Origin: an uncultured delta proteobacterium
GTDB taxonomy: Bacteria; Myxococcota_A; Polyangia; Polyangiales; JAFGIB01
Reading direction: 5' to 3'
DNA: 64,000 bases
Assembly (NCBI GenBank): GCA_963778655.1
Contig: CAVZVA010000010.1
Coordinates: 768,001-832,000, forward strand
Shown: positions 20,029 to 29,002 of the stretch, piece by piece
Layout: every line of letters begins with the position of its first letter
Position numbering within the stretch: the first letter of the stretch is position 1
The notes under the pieces: generated by a model
The model's input: the letters and a program-made list of their open reading frames with translations, nothing else
What the model was told of the DNA's origin: nothing
Databases searched by the model: none
Position numbers and translations under genes: made by a program

Positions 20029-21057
20029 ATGGCTCCGGCATCCCTTCGCGCTGCGGCTCCGATCGCGCTTTGCCTCGAACTGACTGTGGCCGCCTGCGGC
20101 CCGCCAGGCAGGCCCGAGCTGCTGGCGGCGGGCGCGGGCTGCGATGCGGGCAGCCGCGCAGTGGCCGCGCTCCGTGGCGACGCCGCGGCACCGGAAGAAG
20201 GCGTCACGCTCGCTACGCGGGCGACCGGCCTGGCGCTTGCGCCCGCGCGGGTGGACGCGGATGCCGGTTCCGCCGGAGGTGCGGCGCTGCAGGTGATGAC
20301 CTGGAACCTCGACTGGCTCGGCGATCCAGAGCAAGGCCCGAGCGACGATGCGCTGCAGCAAGCGGCGGTGCGCGATGTGCTGGCGCGCTCCCAGATGCAG
20401 CTGATCGCATTGCAGGAGGTCGCGTCCGAGCCGGCCTTTGATGATCTGCTGCGCGCGCTGCCGCGCTACGCTGGCCTGCTCTCTGGTTACGCCTGGACGC
20501 AGCGGACGGCGCTGCTGTGGGACGCCCGTCGCTTCGAGCTCGGCTCGGCGCGCGCGCTCTCCGGGCTCGACGACGCGGGCCGGCCGCCGCTGCTGGTGTG
20601 TCTGCGCGCCAAGCCTGACGGCGTGCCGCTGCGCGTGCTGGTGGTGCACGCCAAGGCCCAGGCGGACGCCGCGAGCTACGACCGCCGCGCGCGCTTTGCC
20701 GAGGGCTTGAAGGCCTTCGCCGACGGCGAGCCGCTCGACGCGCCGCTGCTCGTGCTCGGCGACTTCAACGATCTGCTGCTAGGCTCGATCAGCGAGGGCG
20801 AGGACACGCCCTACCGCGCGTTCCTGGACGACCCGAGCTACGACGCGCCCACGCGAGCGCTCGACGAGCCCGGCGCCAGCGAAGCCTCCTACGCGCACGG
20901 CAGGACGATCGACCACGTCCTGCTGCGCAGCGCAGGCCTGCTCGCGGTGCGCACCGGCTCGGTCGACGTGCTGCAAGACGAGCTGCTCGCCCGCTACCCC
21001 GACTACATCACCACCGTCTCCGATCACTTCCCGGTCACGCTGACCTTGCAGCCCTGA
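20029..21057 (+). CDS. Endonuclease/exonuclease/phosphatase family lipoprotein
   Basis: MTWNLDW, ALQEV, VHAKA, LGDFND, TIDHV, SDHFPV. Lipobox VAAC. Confidence 0.88.
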   Translation: MAPASLRAAAPIALCLELTVAACGPPGRPELLAAGAGCDAGSRAVAALRGDAAAPEEGVTLATRATGLALAPARVDADAGSAGGAALQVMTWNLDWLGDPEQGPSDDALQQAAVRDVLARSQMQLIALQEVASEPAFDDLLRALPRYAGLLSGYAWTQRTALLWDARRFELGSARALSGLDDAGRPPLLVCLRAKPDGVPLRVLVVHAKAQADAASYDRRARFAEGLKAFADGEPLDAPLLVLGDFNDLLLGSISEGEDTPYRAFLDDPSYDAPTRALDEPGASEASYAHGRTIDHVLLRSAGLLAVRTGSVDVLQDELLARYPDYITTVSDHFPVTLTLQP

Positions 21058-21116
21058 GCCAGCCTGCGTGGTCCCGTGCGCCGCGCGGTAGTCGAGGTCG
21101 TGATCGTGCGCTGCGC

Positions 21117-21719
21117 TCAGGCCCGCCCCAGCTTCGCTACTTCTGCATGCCGATGGCACGTCACCAGGTGATCGTTGACCAGACCTGCGGCCTGCATGAA
21201 CGCGTACACGATGGTGGAGCCCACGAAGCTGAAGCCGCGGCGCTTGAGATCCTTGGAAAGCGCGTCGGACAGCTCCGTGCGCGCCGGCACCTGACGCATG
21301 CTGCGGAAGCGATTCTGTACCGGCTTGCCCGCCACCGCCTGCCACACGTACGCGTCGAAGCTGCCGTGCTCCTGCTGCAGCAGCAGGAACGCGCGCGCGT
21401 TCTTGATCGCGGATTCGACCTTGAGTCGGTTGCGTACGATGCCCGGATCGCGCAGCAAGCGGCGCACGTCGCGCGCGCCGAAGCGCGCGACCTGCTCCGG
21501 ATCGAAGTCGCAAAACGCCTGGCGGTAGGCCTCGCGCTTCTTGAGGATGGTGAGCCACGAGAGCCCGGCCTGGGCTCCGTCGAGCAAGATCTTCTCGTAC
21601 CACTTGACGTCATCGTGCACGGGCACGCCCCACTCGCGGTCGTGGTACTCGGCCATCAACGGGTGTGCGCTGGCCCATGCGCAGCGGCGGGGCTCGGATG
21701 GGGAGGGACGGGCGGGCAT
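21117..21719 (-). CDS. tag: DNA-3-methyladenine glycosylase I
   Basis: RCAWA, YHDREWGVP, QAGLSWLTILKKRE, GIVRNRLK, FMQAAGLVNDHLVTC. Confidence 0.96.
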   Translation of the reverse strand: MPARPSPSEPRRCAWASAHPLMAEYHDREWGVPVHDDVKWYEKILLDGAQAGLSWLTILKKREAYRQAFCDFDPEQVARFGARDVRRLLRDPGIVRNRLKVESAIKNARAFLLLQQEHGSFDAYVWQAVAGKPVQNRFRSMRQVPARTELSDALSKDLKRRGFSFVGSTIVYAFMQAAGLVNDHLVTCHRHAEVAKLGRA

Positions 21720-22341
21720 GGGCGCCCAGCGTAGCGCATGCCGCGGCGCTCGCAGCGCCGGCCCCTCGCGCGCCGCGTCGCGACCAAAGCGTAACGGAGC
21801 TGCCACGCGTTTGTACCAATCCGTATGCCAGAGTCGCGACCGCGCGTTCGAACCGGGCCGTGCTCGGGCGCGCGCGCCCAGCTTGTCTGTGTTGTCGCGA
21901 GACCGTGGTCCAGCGTGTGCGCTCGGACGCGGTCGAGGGTCGTTTGGAGGCGCCAACGGCCGCGGCGGCCGGCGCTGCGGGCGCTGCCGAATTCCCAAGA
22001 GACTTGGGGATCGGAGCACACCCTGGACCGAGCGCGAGGTGGTCCCGATAGCCCCGCAGATCGTCCCCATGCAAGGTCGCGACCCGAGTCCCCGGCGGGG
22101 CTCGGTCTCGAGCTTCAACTATAGGATATTACTATAGATATTCGATCATCCCCGACATGCCCTCGGACTCCCCGAGCCGTTCGCGATCCCCGCCTTTGAC
22201 CAAATCCCCAATCATTTCCAATGGTCACAAAAGGGATGAGTTTCGCGGCGATCTCTTGCGTCTGAAGCCTGGCTCGACTACTAATCGCCGGCCATGAGCT
22301 GGCGACCGGCGCAGGCCGGGCTTTCTTTTGGGAGGATCGAG

Positions 22342-22875
22342 ATGAAACGACCTTTTTCGACTGTAGGATACGGCCTGCTTGTCGTGGCTTTGTGTGGCTT
22401 CGGCGCGGCTTGTAAGAGCAAGAGCGGCGGCGCGGCCGGCGATGGCGGTGTCGATAGCGGCGCCGGCACGGGCGGCGGCAGCGGCGGCGGCGGCACCGGC
22501 GGCACCGGCGGCACCGGCGGTACGGGCGGCAGCGGCGGGGACGCCGGTGGGCTGACCGAGACTCAGTGCACGGACATGACCGTGGGGCTGGGCCTGGGCG
22601 TGTCCATGAAGTGCGCCGCATGCGGCTGCAAGCAGGATCTGGCGATGGCGTCTCAGTGCGTCAAGAACTCGGACTGCTGGAAGCTGATTGTCTGTGCCAC
22701 GGCGAATTGTGCCGACCCGACCAATGTGAGCTGCCTGTCGACGAATTGCGCGTCCACGCTTAGCACCGGTGGCGCCGACGCGACGGGCTTCGGCATGGTG
22801 CTCAGCGGTCCGTGTGCGGCTGACTGTCCGACGACGCCTCCGGGCGACGGCGGCGCCGAGGACGGCGGCCACTGA
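22342..22875 (+). CDS. Cys-rich lipoprotein with (GGT)n linker
   Basis: GGAGGA RBS, lipobox FGAAC, Gly-rich stalk, and a domain with about 12 Cys (CAACGC, C..CWKLIVC, CLSTNC, CAADC). Confidence 0.75.
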   Translation: MKRPFSTVGYGLLVVALCGFGAACKSKSGGAAGDGGVDSGAGTGGGSGGGGTGGTGGTGGTGGSGGDAGGLTETQCTDMTVGLGLGVSMKCAACGCKQDLAMASQCVKNSDCWKLIVCATANCADPTNVSCLSTNCASTLSTGGADATGFGMVLSGPCAADCPTTPPGDGGAEDGGH

Positions 22876-22952
22876 CGCGAGCGAGACGCGCGACAGCGCG
22901 CGACTGACACCACGAGCGCCCGGGCCATTTGGCTCGGGCGTTCGCGTTTAAG

Positions 22953-23837
22953 CTACGTGGTCCTGGGATGCACGTCGCCGATCGTCGCGCTGCACCATTG
23001 GGCGACGCCGTCGAGACGCGCGAGGTAGCGCAGCTCGGTGTAGCCGGCGGCGGCGATCGCGTGCATGCACGCGTGCAGGCCCACGCCCACGTCGTGGGCG
23101 CCGTGGCCGTCGTCGCCCAGGGTGACACCGATGCCCAGCGCGCGGGCGCGCTCCAGGATGGGTGGCAAGGGATAGACCGGGCTCAGGCCGCGGCGGAAGG
23201 CGCCGCAGTTGACGTCGAGCACGCCGCCGCAGTCGCGCACCGCCTCGAGCGCGCGCTCGATGTGGGGCTGCACGCTCGGCGCGAAGCCGGCGCCCGGGCC
23301 GTCGAACTTGCGCACCAAATCGAGGTGGCCCACCACCTCGGGCCGCAGCGTCTGCACCAGCTCGGCCACGGCGTCGAAGTAGCGCGCGTGCAGCGCCTCG
23401 CGGCCGCCCAGCCGCTCGGCCAGCGCGGCCGTGAGCTCCGGCTTGTAGTCGACGTAGCAGCCGTCGACGTCGTGCACGCTGCCGACGATGTACTCGAACG
23501 GCGCGCTCTGTCGGATCGCGCGCATGCGCGCGGCCCAGTCGCCCGGCGGCAGTCGCTCGGTCTCGAAGCCCACCAGGATCTGGATGCGGTCTGCGTACTC
23601 GTCGCGCAGCGCGAACGCGCGCTCGGTATAAGCCGCAAACGCGCTGGCGAGCGGCGCGGGTCCGAAGTCGACCTCGTCGCCGAACAGATCTTCTTGGCGA
23701 TAGCGCGGGCAGTGCTCGGACAGGCCGTAGTGGGTGAAGCCGGCTTCGATCGCGCGCTCGATCACCGCGCGCAGGGCGCCCTTGGCGTGCCGGCAGAACT
23801 CGCCGCTGTGGCCGCTGTGGTAGCTGAACCAAGGCAT
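22953..23837 (-). CDS. HisJ-family histidinol-phosphatase (PHP domain)
   Basis: HSGHSGEFCRHA, GLSEHCPR, GFETE, VGSVHDV, GHLDLVRKF, GDDGHG. Confidence 0.88.
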   Translation of the reverse strand: MPWFSYHSGHSGEFCRHAKGALRAVIERAIEAGFTHYGLSEHCPRYRQEDLFGDEVDFGPAPLASAFAAYTERAFALRDEYADRIQILVGFETERLPPGDWAARMRAIRQSAPFEYIVGSVHDVDGCYVDYKPELTAALAERLGGREALHARYFDAVAELVQTLRPEVVGHLDLVRKFDGPGAGFAPSVQPHIERALEAVRDCGGVLDVNCGAFRRGLSPVYPLPPILERARALGIGVTLGDDGHGAHDVGVGLHACMHAIAAAGYTELRYLARLDGVAQWCSATIGDVHPRTT

Positions 23838-23847
23838 GGTCGGCCAA

Positions 23848-23876
23848 GATTCACAGGAAGACGGGAAGACGGGAAG
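23848..23876 (+). repeat. Family-B repeat half-site
   Basis: GATTCACAGGAAGACGGGAAGACGGGAAG. Confidence 0.65.
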
Positions 23877-23912
23877 AGCCGATCTTCTTGTTTGATCGAT
23901 TCGGACGCGCGC

Positions 23913-25202
23913 TCAGCGGCCGGCGATGCGCAGGGCGGCTTCGGCGCGGCTGATGCGGGCCAGGACCACCTCGGTCTTGGCGCGGCGGAGCAGGGCGCGG
24001 GCCTGGGCGACCTGGTCCAGCGTGGCGGCGCCCAGCTCGTAGCCCTGCTCGGCTTCGCTCACGCGCTGCACGCACGCCTGTAGCAAGGCTTGCGCGGTCT
24101 GCAGCCGCGCCACCGCGTTACTGGCATCGAGGCGCGCGGCCGCGAGCTCGCCCTTGCGCTGCTCGGCGTGCTGCTGCAGCTGCGCGCCCAGCTCTTCGGC
24201 GTGCGCGCGCGCCGCGGCCGCGCCGGCCTTGGCGCTGCCGCCGTCCCATAGCGGCAGCGAGAAGCCAACGCCCACCGCGTAAGCCGGAAACGGGGTGAGG
24301 TTGAGCGCGCTGAGCCCGGCCTGCGCGTTGCCCGTGAGCAGCGGCGCGTCGGCCTTCGCTTGCGCCCGCGCGCTGGCGTTCGCGGCTTGCTGCTGCAGCG
24401 CGAGCGCGCGCTGGGTCGCGTCGTCCCGCGCCGGCTGCAGCGGCATATCGATCTGCAGCAGCGTGCGGTCGGGCTCGGCGCTAGCAGCGAGCTCGCTGCC
24501 CACGGTCTGCGCGAGCGCGAGCTTGGCCGCACGCAGATCGCCCTGTGCGCGCTCCTGCTCGAGCTTGGCCAGCATCTCGTCGGCGCGCGCCGAGGACAGC
24601 TCCGACTTGGGTCGCACGCCCTCGCCGATCAGCGCCTCGACATGCTCGCGCCGACTCTGCGCTTCTTGCGCTGCTTGCTCCGCGATCGCGTCGAGCTCGC
24701 TCGCGCTCAGCCAGCTCAGATACGCGCCGCGTACCGCGCGCACGATCTGCAGCCGCGTCGCCTCTTCTTCGGCCTCGGCCGACGCGTACCGGGCGCGGCC
24801 GGCCTCGAGCGCGGCGGCGGTGCGGCCGAAGTCGTAGAGGTTGGCGTCGAGCTCGAGCCCGAGCTGATCGCGCACCTGAGGATCGAAGGCGCCCGCCTGG
24901 TTGAGCTTGCGCGAGCCCTGCACGAGCCAAGCGTTGTTGTTGACGTCGGTGACGGTCACGAGCGCCCGCCCGGGCGCCATCACGCTCTGCGCCTGCAGCG
25001 ACAGCTTCGGGTAGTAGCCGCTCTGCGCCTTGTCGATCTCCGCTTGCGCGGCGCGCTGGCGCGCGGCGCCGGCGGCCAGTGCCGGGCGATTGCGCAGCGC
25101 GAGCTGCTCGAGCTGCGCGAGCCGCACCACCTCCGCCGCGCCCGCCCGCGGCCACAGCCAAAGCCCCAACAGCACCCCCAACGGCACCTGCCATGTCCTC
25201 AT
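23913..25202 (-). CDS. TolC-family outer-membrane efflux protein
   Basis: ALRNRP, SGYYPKLSL, LYDFGRT, LPLWDGG, YELGAATLDQV. Confidence 0.9.
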   Translation of the reverse strand: MRTWQVPLGVLLGLWLWPRAGAAEVVRLAQLEQLALRNRPALAAGAARQRAAQAEIDKAQSGYYPKLSLQAQSVMAPGRALVTVTDVNNNAWLVQGSRKLNQAGAFDPQVRDQLGLELDANLYDFGRTAAALEAGRARYASAEAEEEATRLQIVRAVRGAYLSWLSASELDAIAEQAAQEAQSRREHVEALIGEGVRPKSELSSARADEMLAKLEQERAQGDLRAAKLALAQTVGSELAASAEPDRTLLQIDMPLQPARDDATQRALALQQQAANASARAQAKADAPLLTGNAQAGLSALNLTPFPAYAVGVGFSLPLWDGGSAKAGAAAARAHAEELGAQLQQHAEQRKGELAAARLDASNAVARLQTAQALLQACVQRVSEAEQGYELGAATLDQVAQARALLRRAKTEVVLARISRAEAALRIAGR

Positions 25203-25229
25203 CGCGTGCTCTCCCGGTCTCTAGTCATC

Positions 25230-25411
25230 GGGAGGGGCACGCGCCCCTCCCGCCCCACCGGCAAAGCCGTTGGGGCCCCACCCTCCGGCGAGGGTCGCTT
25301 GGCTCCCTCTTGGCTTGAAGCGTGATCGCGCTTACGAGTGCTCGCGCGTGGGGCCCCACCCTCCGGCGAGGGTCGCTTGGCTCCCTCTTGGCTTGAAGCG
25401 TGATCGCGCTT
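25230..25411 (-). repeat. Family-A repeat cluster: hairpin plus two 63-bp direct copies (period 78)
   Basis: GGGAGGGGCACGCGCCCCTCCC hairpin at 25230-25251. Identical copies at 25271-25333 and 25349-25411. Reverse complement matches part of the 30.6-kb array unit. Confidence 0.85.
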
Positions 25412-25425
25412 GCCGGCCATCGTGC

Positions 25426-26148
25426 TCACCGGGTTGCCGCCTGCGCGTGCTCCTGTGGGTCCGCGATCAGCCCGTCCCTTATGTGGATGACGCGGTCCGC
25501 GAAGTCGGCCACCTCTTGGTCGTGGGTGACCAGGATGACGGTGAGCCCGCTCTCGGCGTGCAGCTCCGCGAGCAGCCGCAGCACTTCCTCGCCGGTGCGC
25601 GTGTCGAGCGCGCCGGTCGGCTCGTCCGCGAGCAACAGCCGCGGCCCGTTCGCCAGCGAGCGCGCGATCGCCACGCGCTGGCGCTGCCCGCCCGAGAGCT
25701 GGTTGGGGCGGTGGTGCAGCCGGTCCGACAGCCCCACGCGATCGAGCAGCGCCCGTGCGCGCGCCTCGCGCTGCCTGCGCCCGACGCCGGCGTATTGCAG
25801 CGGCAGCGCCACGTTCTCGAGCACGCTCTGGTCGCCGATCAGATGAAACGACTGGAACACGAAGCCCAGGTAGTGCAGCCGCACCCAGGCCTGCTCGGTG
25901 CGGTCGAGCGTGGAGACGTCGCGGCCGCCCAGCAGGTAATGCCCGGCGCTCGGCCGGTCGAGGCAGCCCAAGATGTTCAGCAGCGTGGATTTGCCCGAGC
26001 CGCTCGGGCCCATCAGCGCCACCACCTCACCGGCGTCGATGCGCAGGTCGACCCCGCGCAGCACCGGCACCCGCAGCGCGCCTTGCCCGTAGACCTTGTG
26101 CAGGGCGCGCACCTCGACCACCGCATCGCTGGGGCGCGCCGCCTGCAT
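25426..26148 (-). CDS. MacB/LolD-type ABC transporter ATP-binding protein
   Basis: GPSGSGKS, GFVFQSFHLI, LSGGQRQRVAIAR, LLADEPTGALD, VTHD. Confidence 0.95.
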   Translation of the reverse strand: MQAARPSDAVVEVRALHKVYGQGALRVPVLRGVDLRIDAGEVVALMGPSGSGKSTLLNILGCLDRPSAGHYLLGGRDVSTLDRTEQAWVRLHYLGFVFQSFHLIGDQSVLENVALPLQYAGVGRRQREARARALLDRVGLSDRLHHRPNQLSGGQRQRVAIARSLANGPRLLLADEPTGALDTRTGEEVLRLLAELHAESGLTVILVTHDQEVADFADRVIHIRDGLIADPQEHAQAATR

Positions 26149-26150
26149 GC

Positions 26151-27380
26151 TCACTTCTTGCCGAGCGAGACGCTCGGCTTGCCTGTGGAAAGCTCGGGGT
26201 GCAGCAGCCCGATCGCCAGCTGGTCGCCGGCCGCGAGCCGGCCCGGCGGGTCGGTCTTGACCGCGGTGTAGGCGCCGTCGGAGATGCCGGGCTCGACCGC
26301 GATCGGCTCGAGCTGATTCAACCCGCGCAGCCGCCACACCCGGCTGCGCGGCGCCGCCGGCTCGGCCTGCTCGGGGTCGAAGCGCAGCGCAGCCTCGTGC
26401 ACCGCCAGCACGTCGGTCGCGCGCGCCACCTCGAGCTGCACCCGCGCGCTCATCCCCGGCAGCAGCGCGCCGCGCGGGTTGTCGACCAGCAGCCGCACCG
26501 GGTAGAGCGCCACGCCGCCCTCGCGCTTGGGCTCGATGCCGATGCGGTCGATCTTGGCGTTGAAGTGCTCGCCCGGCAGCGCCTGCACCAGCACCTCGGC
26601 CTTCTGGCCCGGCGCCAGCAGCGCGATCTCGGTCTCGCTGACCTGCGCGTCCACGCGCATCACGGACAGCGGCGCGCCGATCTCGAACAGCGGCCCGCGC
26701 TCGGGGCTGACCGCGGCGCCCACGCGCTCGGGCGCCAGCAGCACCACGCCGTCCACCGGCGCCACGATCCGGCTCAGGCTCTTGCTCAGCTCGCTCGAGG
26801 CCACGCTCTGGCCGGCCAGCTGTTTGTCGGCGCGCGCGGCTTGCAGCGCAGCCTTGGCGCCCGCCAGCGCGCTCTGCGCGTCGGTCACGGCCTGGTCGCT
26901 GGCGAGGCCCTTGTCGTGCAGCCGCTTGGCTTGCTGGGCGTCGTGGCTGGCCGCGTCGAAGGCGGCCTGGGCCTGCGCCAGGCGGCTCGCCGCCGCGTCG
27001 ACCGTGAGCCGCGCGCTGCGCACCGCGAGCTCGGCGGCGCGCTGATCGAGCGTGGCCAGCAGCTCGCCCTGCGTGACCTCTTGGCGCGGCTCGACCTCGA
27101 TCGCGGTCAGCCGCCCCGCGATCGGGGCCGGCACGTCCACGCGGCTGCGTACGTCCACGATGCCGGTGGTCTCGACCCGCTGCACGATGGTGCGGCGCGC
27201 GACCCGCTCGGTACGGTATAGCGGCAGCACGGGCTTGGGGCGCATGGCGTAGGCGACCGCGGCGGCTGCCAGCGCCAGCAGCAAGACCAGCCCCACCACG
27301 CGCCGCAGCCGCGCGCGCCGGCCCAGCTCCGGGATCTGCAGCCGGGAATCCACCCCCTGCGCGTGTGCCTGATCGTTCAC
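26151..27380 (-). CDS. MacA-like efflux periplasmic adaptor subunit
   Basis: N-terminal TM helix, lipoyl-like GELLATLD, IVAPVDGVV, VSETEI, LLPGMSA. Confidence 0.9.
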   Translation of the reverse strand: MNDQAHAQGVDSRLQIPELGRRARLRRVVGLVLLLALAAAAVAYAMRPKPVLPLYRTERVARRTIVQRVETTGIVDVRSRVDVPAPIAGRLTAIEVEPRQEVTQGELLATLDQRAAELAVRSARLTVDAAASRLAQAQAAFDAASHDAQQAKRLHDKGLASDQAVTDAQSALAGAKAALQAARADKQLAGQSVASSELSKSLSRIVAPVDGVVLLAPERVGAAVSPERGPLFEIGAPLSVMRVDAQVSETEIALLAPGQKAEVLVQALPGEHFNAKIDRIGIEPKREGGVALYPVRLLVDNPRGALLPGMSARVQLEVARATDVLAVHEAALRFDPEQAEPAAPRSRVWRLRGLNQLEPIAVEPGISDGAYTAVKTDPPGRLAAGDQLAIGLLHPELSTGKPSVSLGKK

Positions 27381-27580
27381 GGTTGCGGTTGTACACCCAT
27401 CCTGGATCGCCCGCCGCCTTCTGGGCGCGGACCCCCAGCTGGCTGCTGCAAGCCCCGGGCCAGGCCCCTTATGCGGGTTTTCCCGCGGCCAGCGCGCGCG
27501 CCTGCGTCGCGCTGCGGGCACGCTGTGCGCCTCGGCGTGGCAGCCCGGGCACGCCGGCGAGGGCGTGCCCGACCCGGTGT

Positions 27581-27655
27581 GAACGGGAAGACGGGAAGGC
27601 GGGAAGCAGAAACCATCATCTGTGCTTCCCGCGTTCCCTTCTTGCTGTGCAATCC
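27581..27655. repeat. Family-B inverted repeat element
   Basis: ACGGGAAGACGGGAAGGCGGGAAG ... CTTCCCGCGTTCCCTTCTTGCTGT. Confidence 0.7.
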
Positions 27656-27760
27656 TGCTGGCGCGCGCGGATCTCGACGCGACCGGCGGGGACCGCGACG
27701 CGTTCTTGCAAATCGTGGACGGTTGCCCGGATCATGCCGCCGGGAGGCTGGATTGGTCTT

Positions 27761-28660
27761 ATGAGTAAGCGCGTCGCATTCATCGGGCTCGGAGTCATGG
27801 GGTCTCCGATGGCGGGCCACCTCGCGCGGGTGGGCCACGACGTCACCGTCTTCAACCGCACCCTGGCCAAGGCCGAGGACTGGGTCGGGCGCCATGGCGG
27901 TCGCCTGGCGCGCACCCCGGCCGAGGCCGCGGACGGGGCGGAGCTGGTGTTCTGCTGCGTGGGTGACGACAGCCACCTCGAGCAGGTGCTGCTCAGCAGC
28001 GAGGGCGCGTTCGCCACCATGGCGCAAGGCAGCCTGCTGGTGATTCACACCACCGGCTCGGCCGCGTTCGCGCGCGAGCTGTACCGGCGCGCGCTGGTGC
28101 GCGGGGTGGGCTTCCTCGACGCGCCGGTGTCCGGCGGCCAAGACGGCGCGGAGCAAGGCCAGCTCAGCGTGATGTGCGGCGGCGGCGTGGAGGACTTCGA
28201 GCGCGCGCGGCCCGCGATGGAAGCCTACGCGCGCTTCGTGCGCCTGCTCGGCCCGGCCGGCAGCGGCCAGCTCACCAAGATGGTCAACCAGATCTGCATC
28301 GCGGGCGTGCTGCAGGGCCTGTCCGAGGGCCTGCACTTCGCGGAGCAGGCGGGCCTCGATCCCCATGCGGTGGTCGAGGCGGTCTCGCACGGCGCCGCGC
28401 AGTCGTGGCAGATGGACCATCGTCACGAAGCCATGATCGAGCGTCGCTTCGAGCACGGCTTTGCGGTGGACTGGATGCGCAAGGACCTGGCGCTGGCGCT
28501 CGACGAGGCGCGGCACAACGGTGCCAAGCTGCCGGTGAGCGCGCTGATCGATCAGTTCTACGCAGAGATCCAGAGCATGGGAGGCCAGCGCTGGGACAGC
28601 TCGAGCCTGATCCAGTGCCTGCGCGGCGCGGAGCCGGGATTCAGCAGCAGCCGGCCATGA
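27761..28660 (+). CDS. NAD(P)-dependent beta-hydroxyacid dehydrogenase (3-hydroxyisobutyrate dehydrogenase/tartronate semialdehyde reductase family)
   Basis: FIGLGVMGSPMA, FLDAPVSGG, GSGQLTKMVNQI, WMRKDL. Confidence 0.93.
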   Translation: MSKRVAFIGLGVMGSPMAGHLARVGHDVTVFNRTLAKAEDWVGRHGGRLARTPAEAADGAELVFCCVGDDSHLEQVLLSSEGAFATMAQGSLLVIHTTGSAAFARELYRRALVRGVGFLDAPVSGGQDGAEQGQLSVMCGGGVEDFERARPAMEAYARFVRLLGPAGSGQLTKMVNQICIAGVLQGLSEGLHFAEQAGLDPHAVVEAVSHGAAQSWQMDHRHEAMIERRFEHGFAVDWMRKDLALALDEARHNGAKLPVSALIDQFYAEIQSMGGQRWDSSSLIQCLRGAEPGFSSSRP

Positions 28661-29002
28661 GTGGGGCCGGCTCGAAATTCCCCAAAGACCACGGGGAGGT
28701 GCGGAGGCACATCGAGAATTTATCCGATGTGCCTATTGTCTACGGTCCGCAGCTAGCCTACGTTCAGCAATGCGACTCACCAGCCGGCTCGTCGCGGTTG
28801 CCGGCCGGGTCGCATGACCGTGCGCAGGACTCGTTTGGGGACGCAGTAGTAGGTAGCCGGCACCGGCGTTAAAGCGTTTCGAAACTAGAGCCGAACAGCG
28901 CGTTCCGACCGAAAGCAGGCTCGGACTCCACTCCTGGCGGAGCGGAGAGGCGCGTTCGAAGCGCTGCGATCGCAGGAGTCGTGCGACTGGAGGGTTGTGA
29001 CC

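Noticed and set aside
22112..22145. dif (XerCD) site
   Set aside because: It is an AT-rich dyad, but neither strand has a convincing TTATGTTAAAT-like XerD arm.
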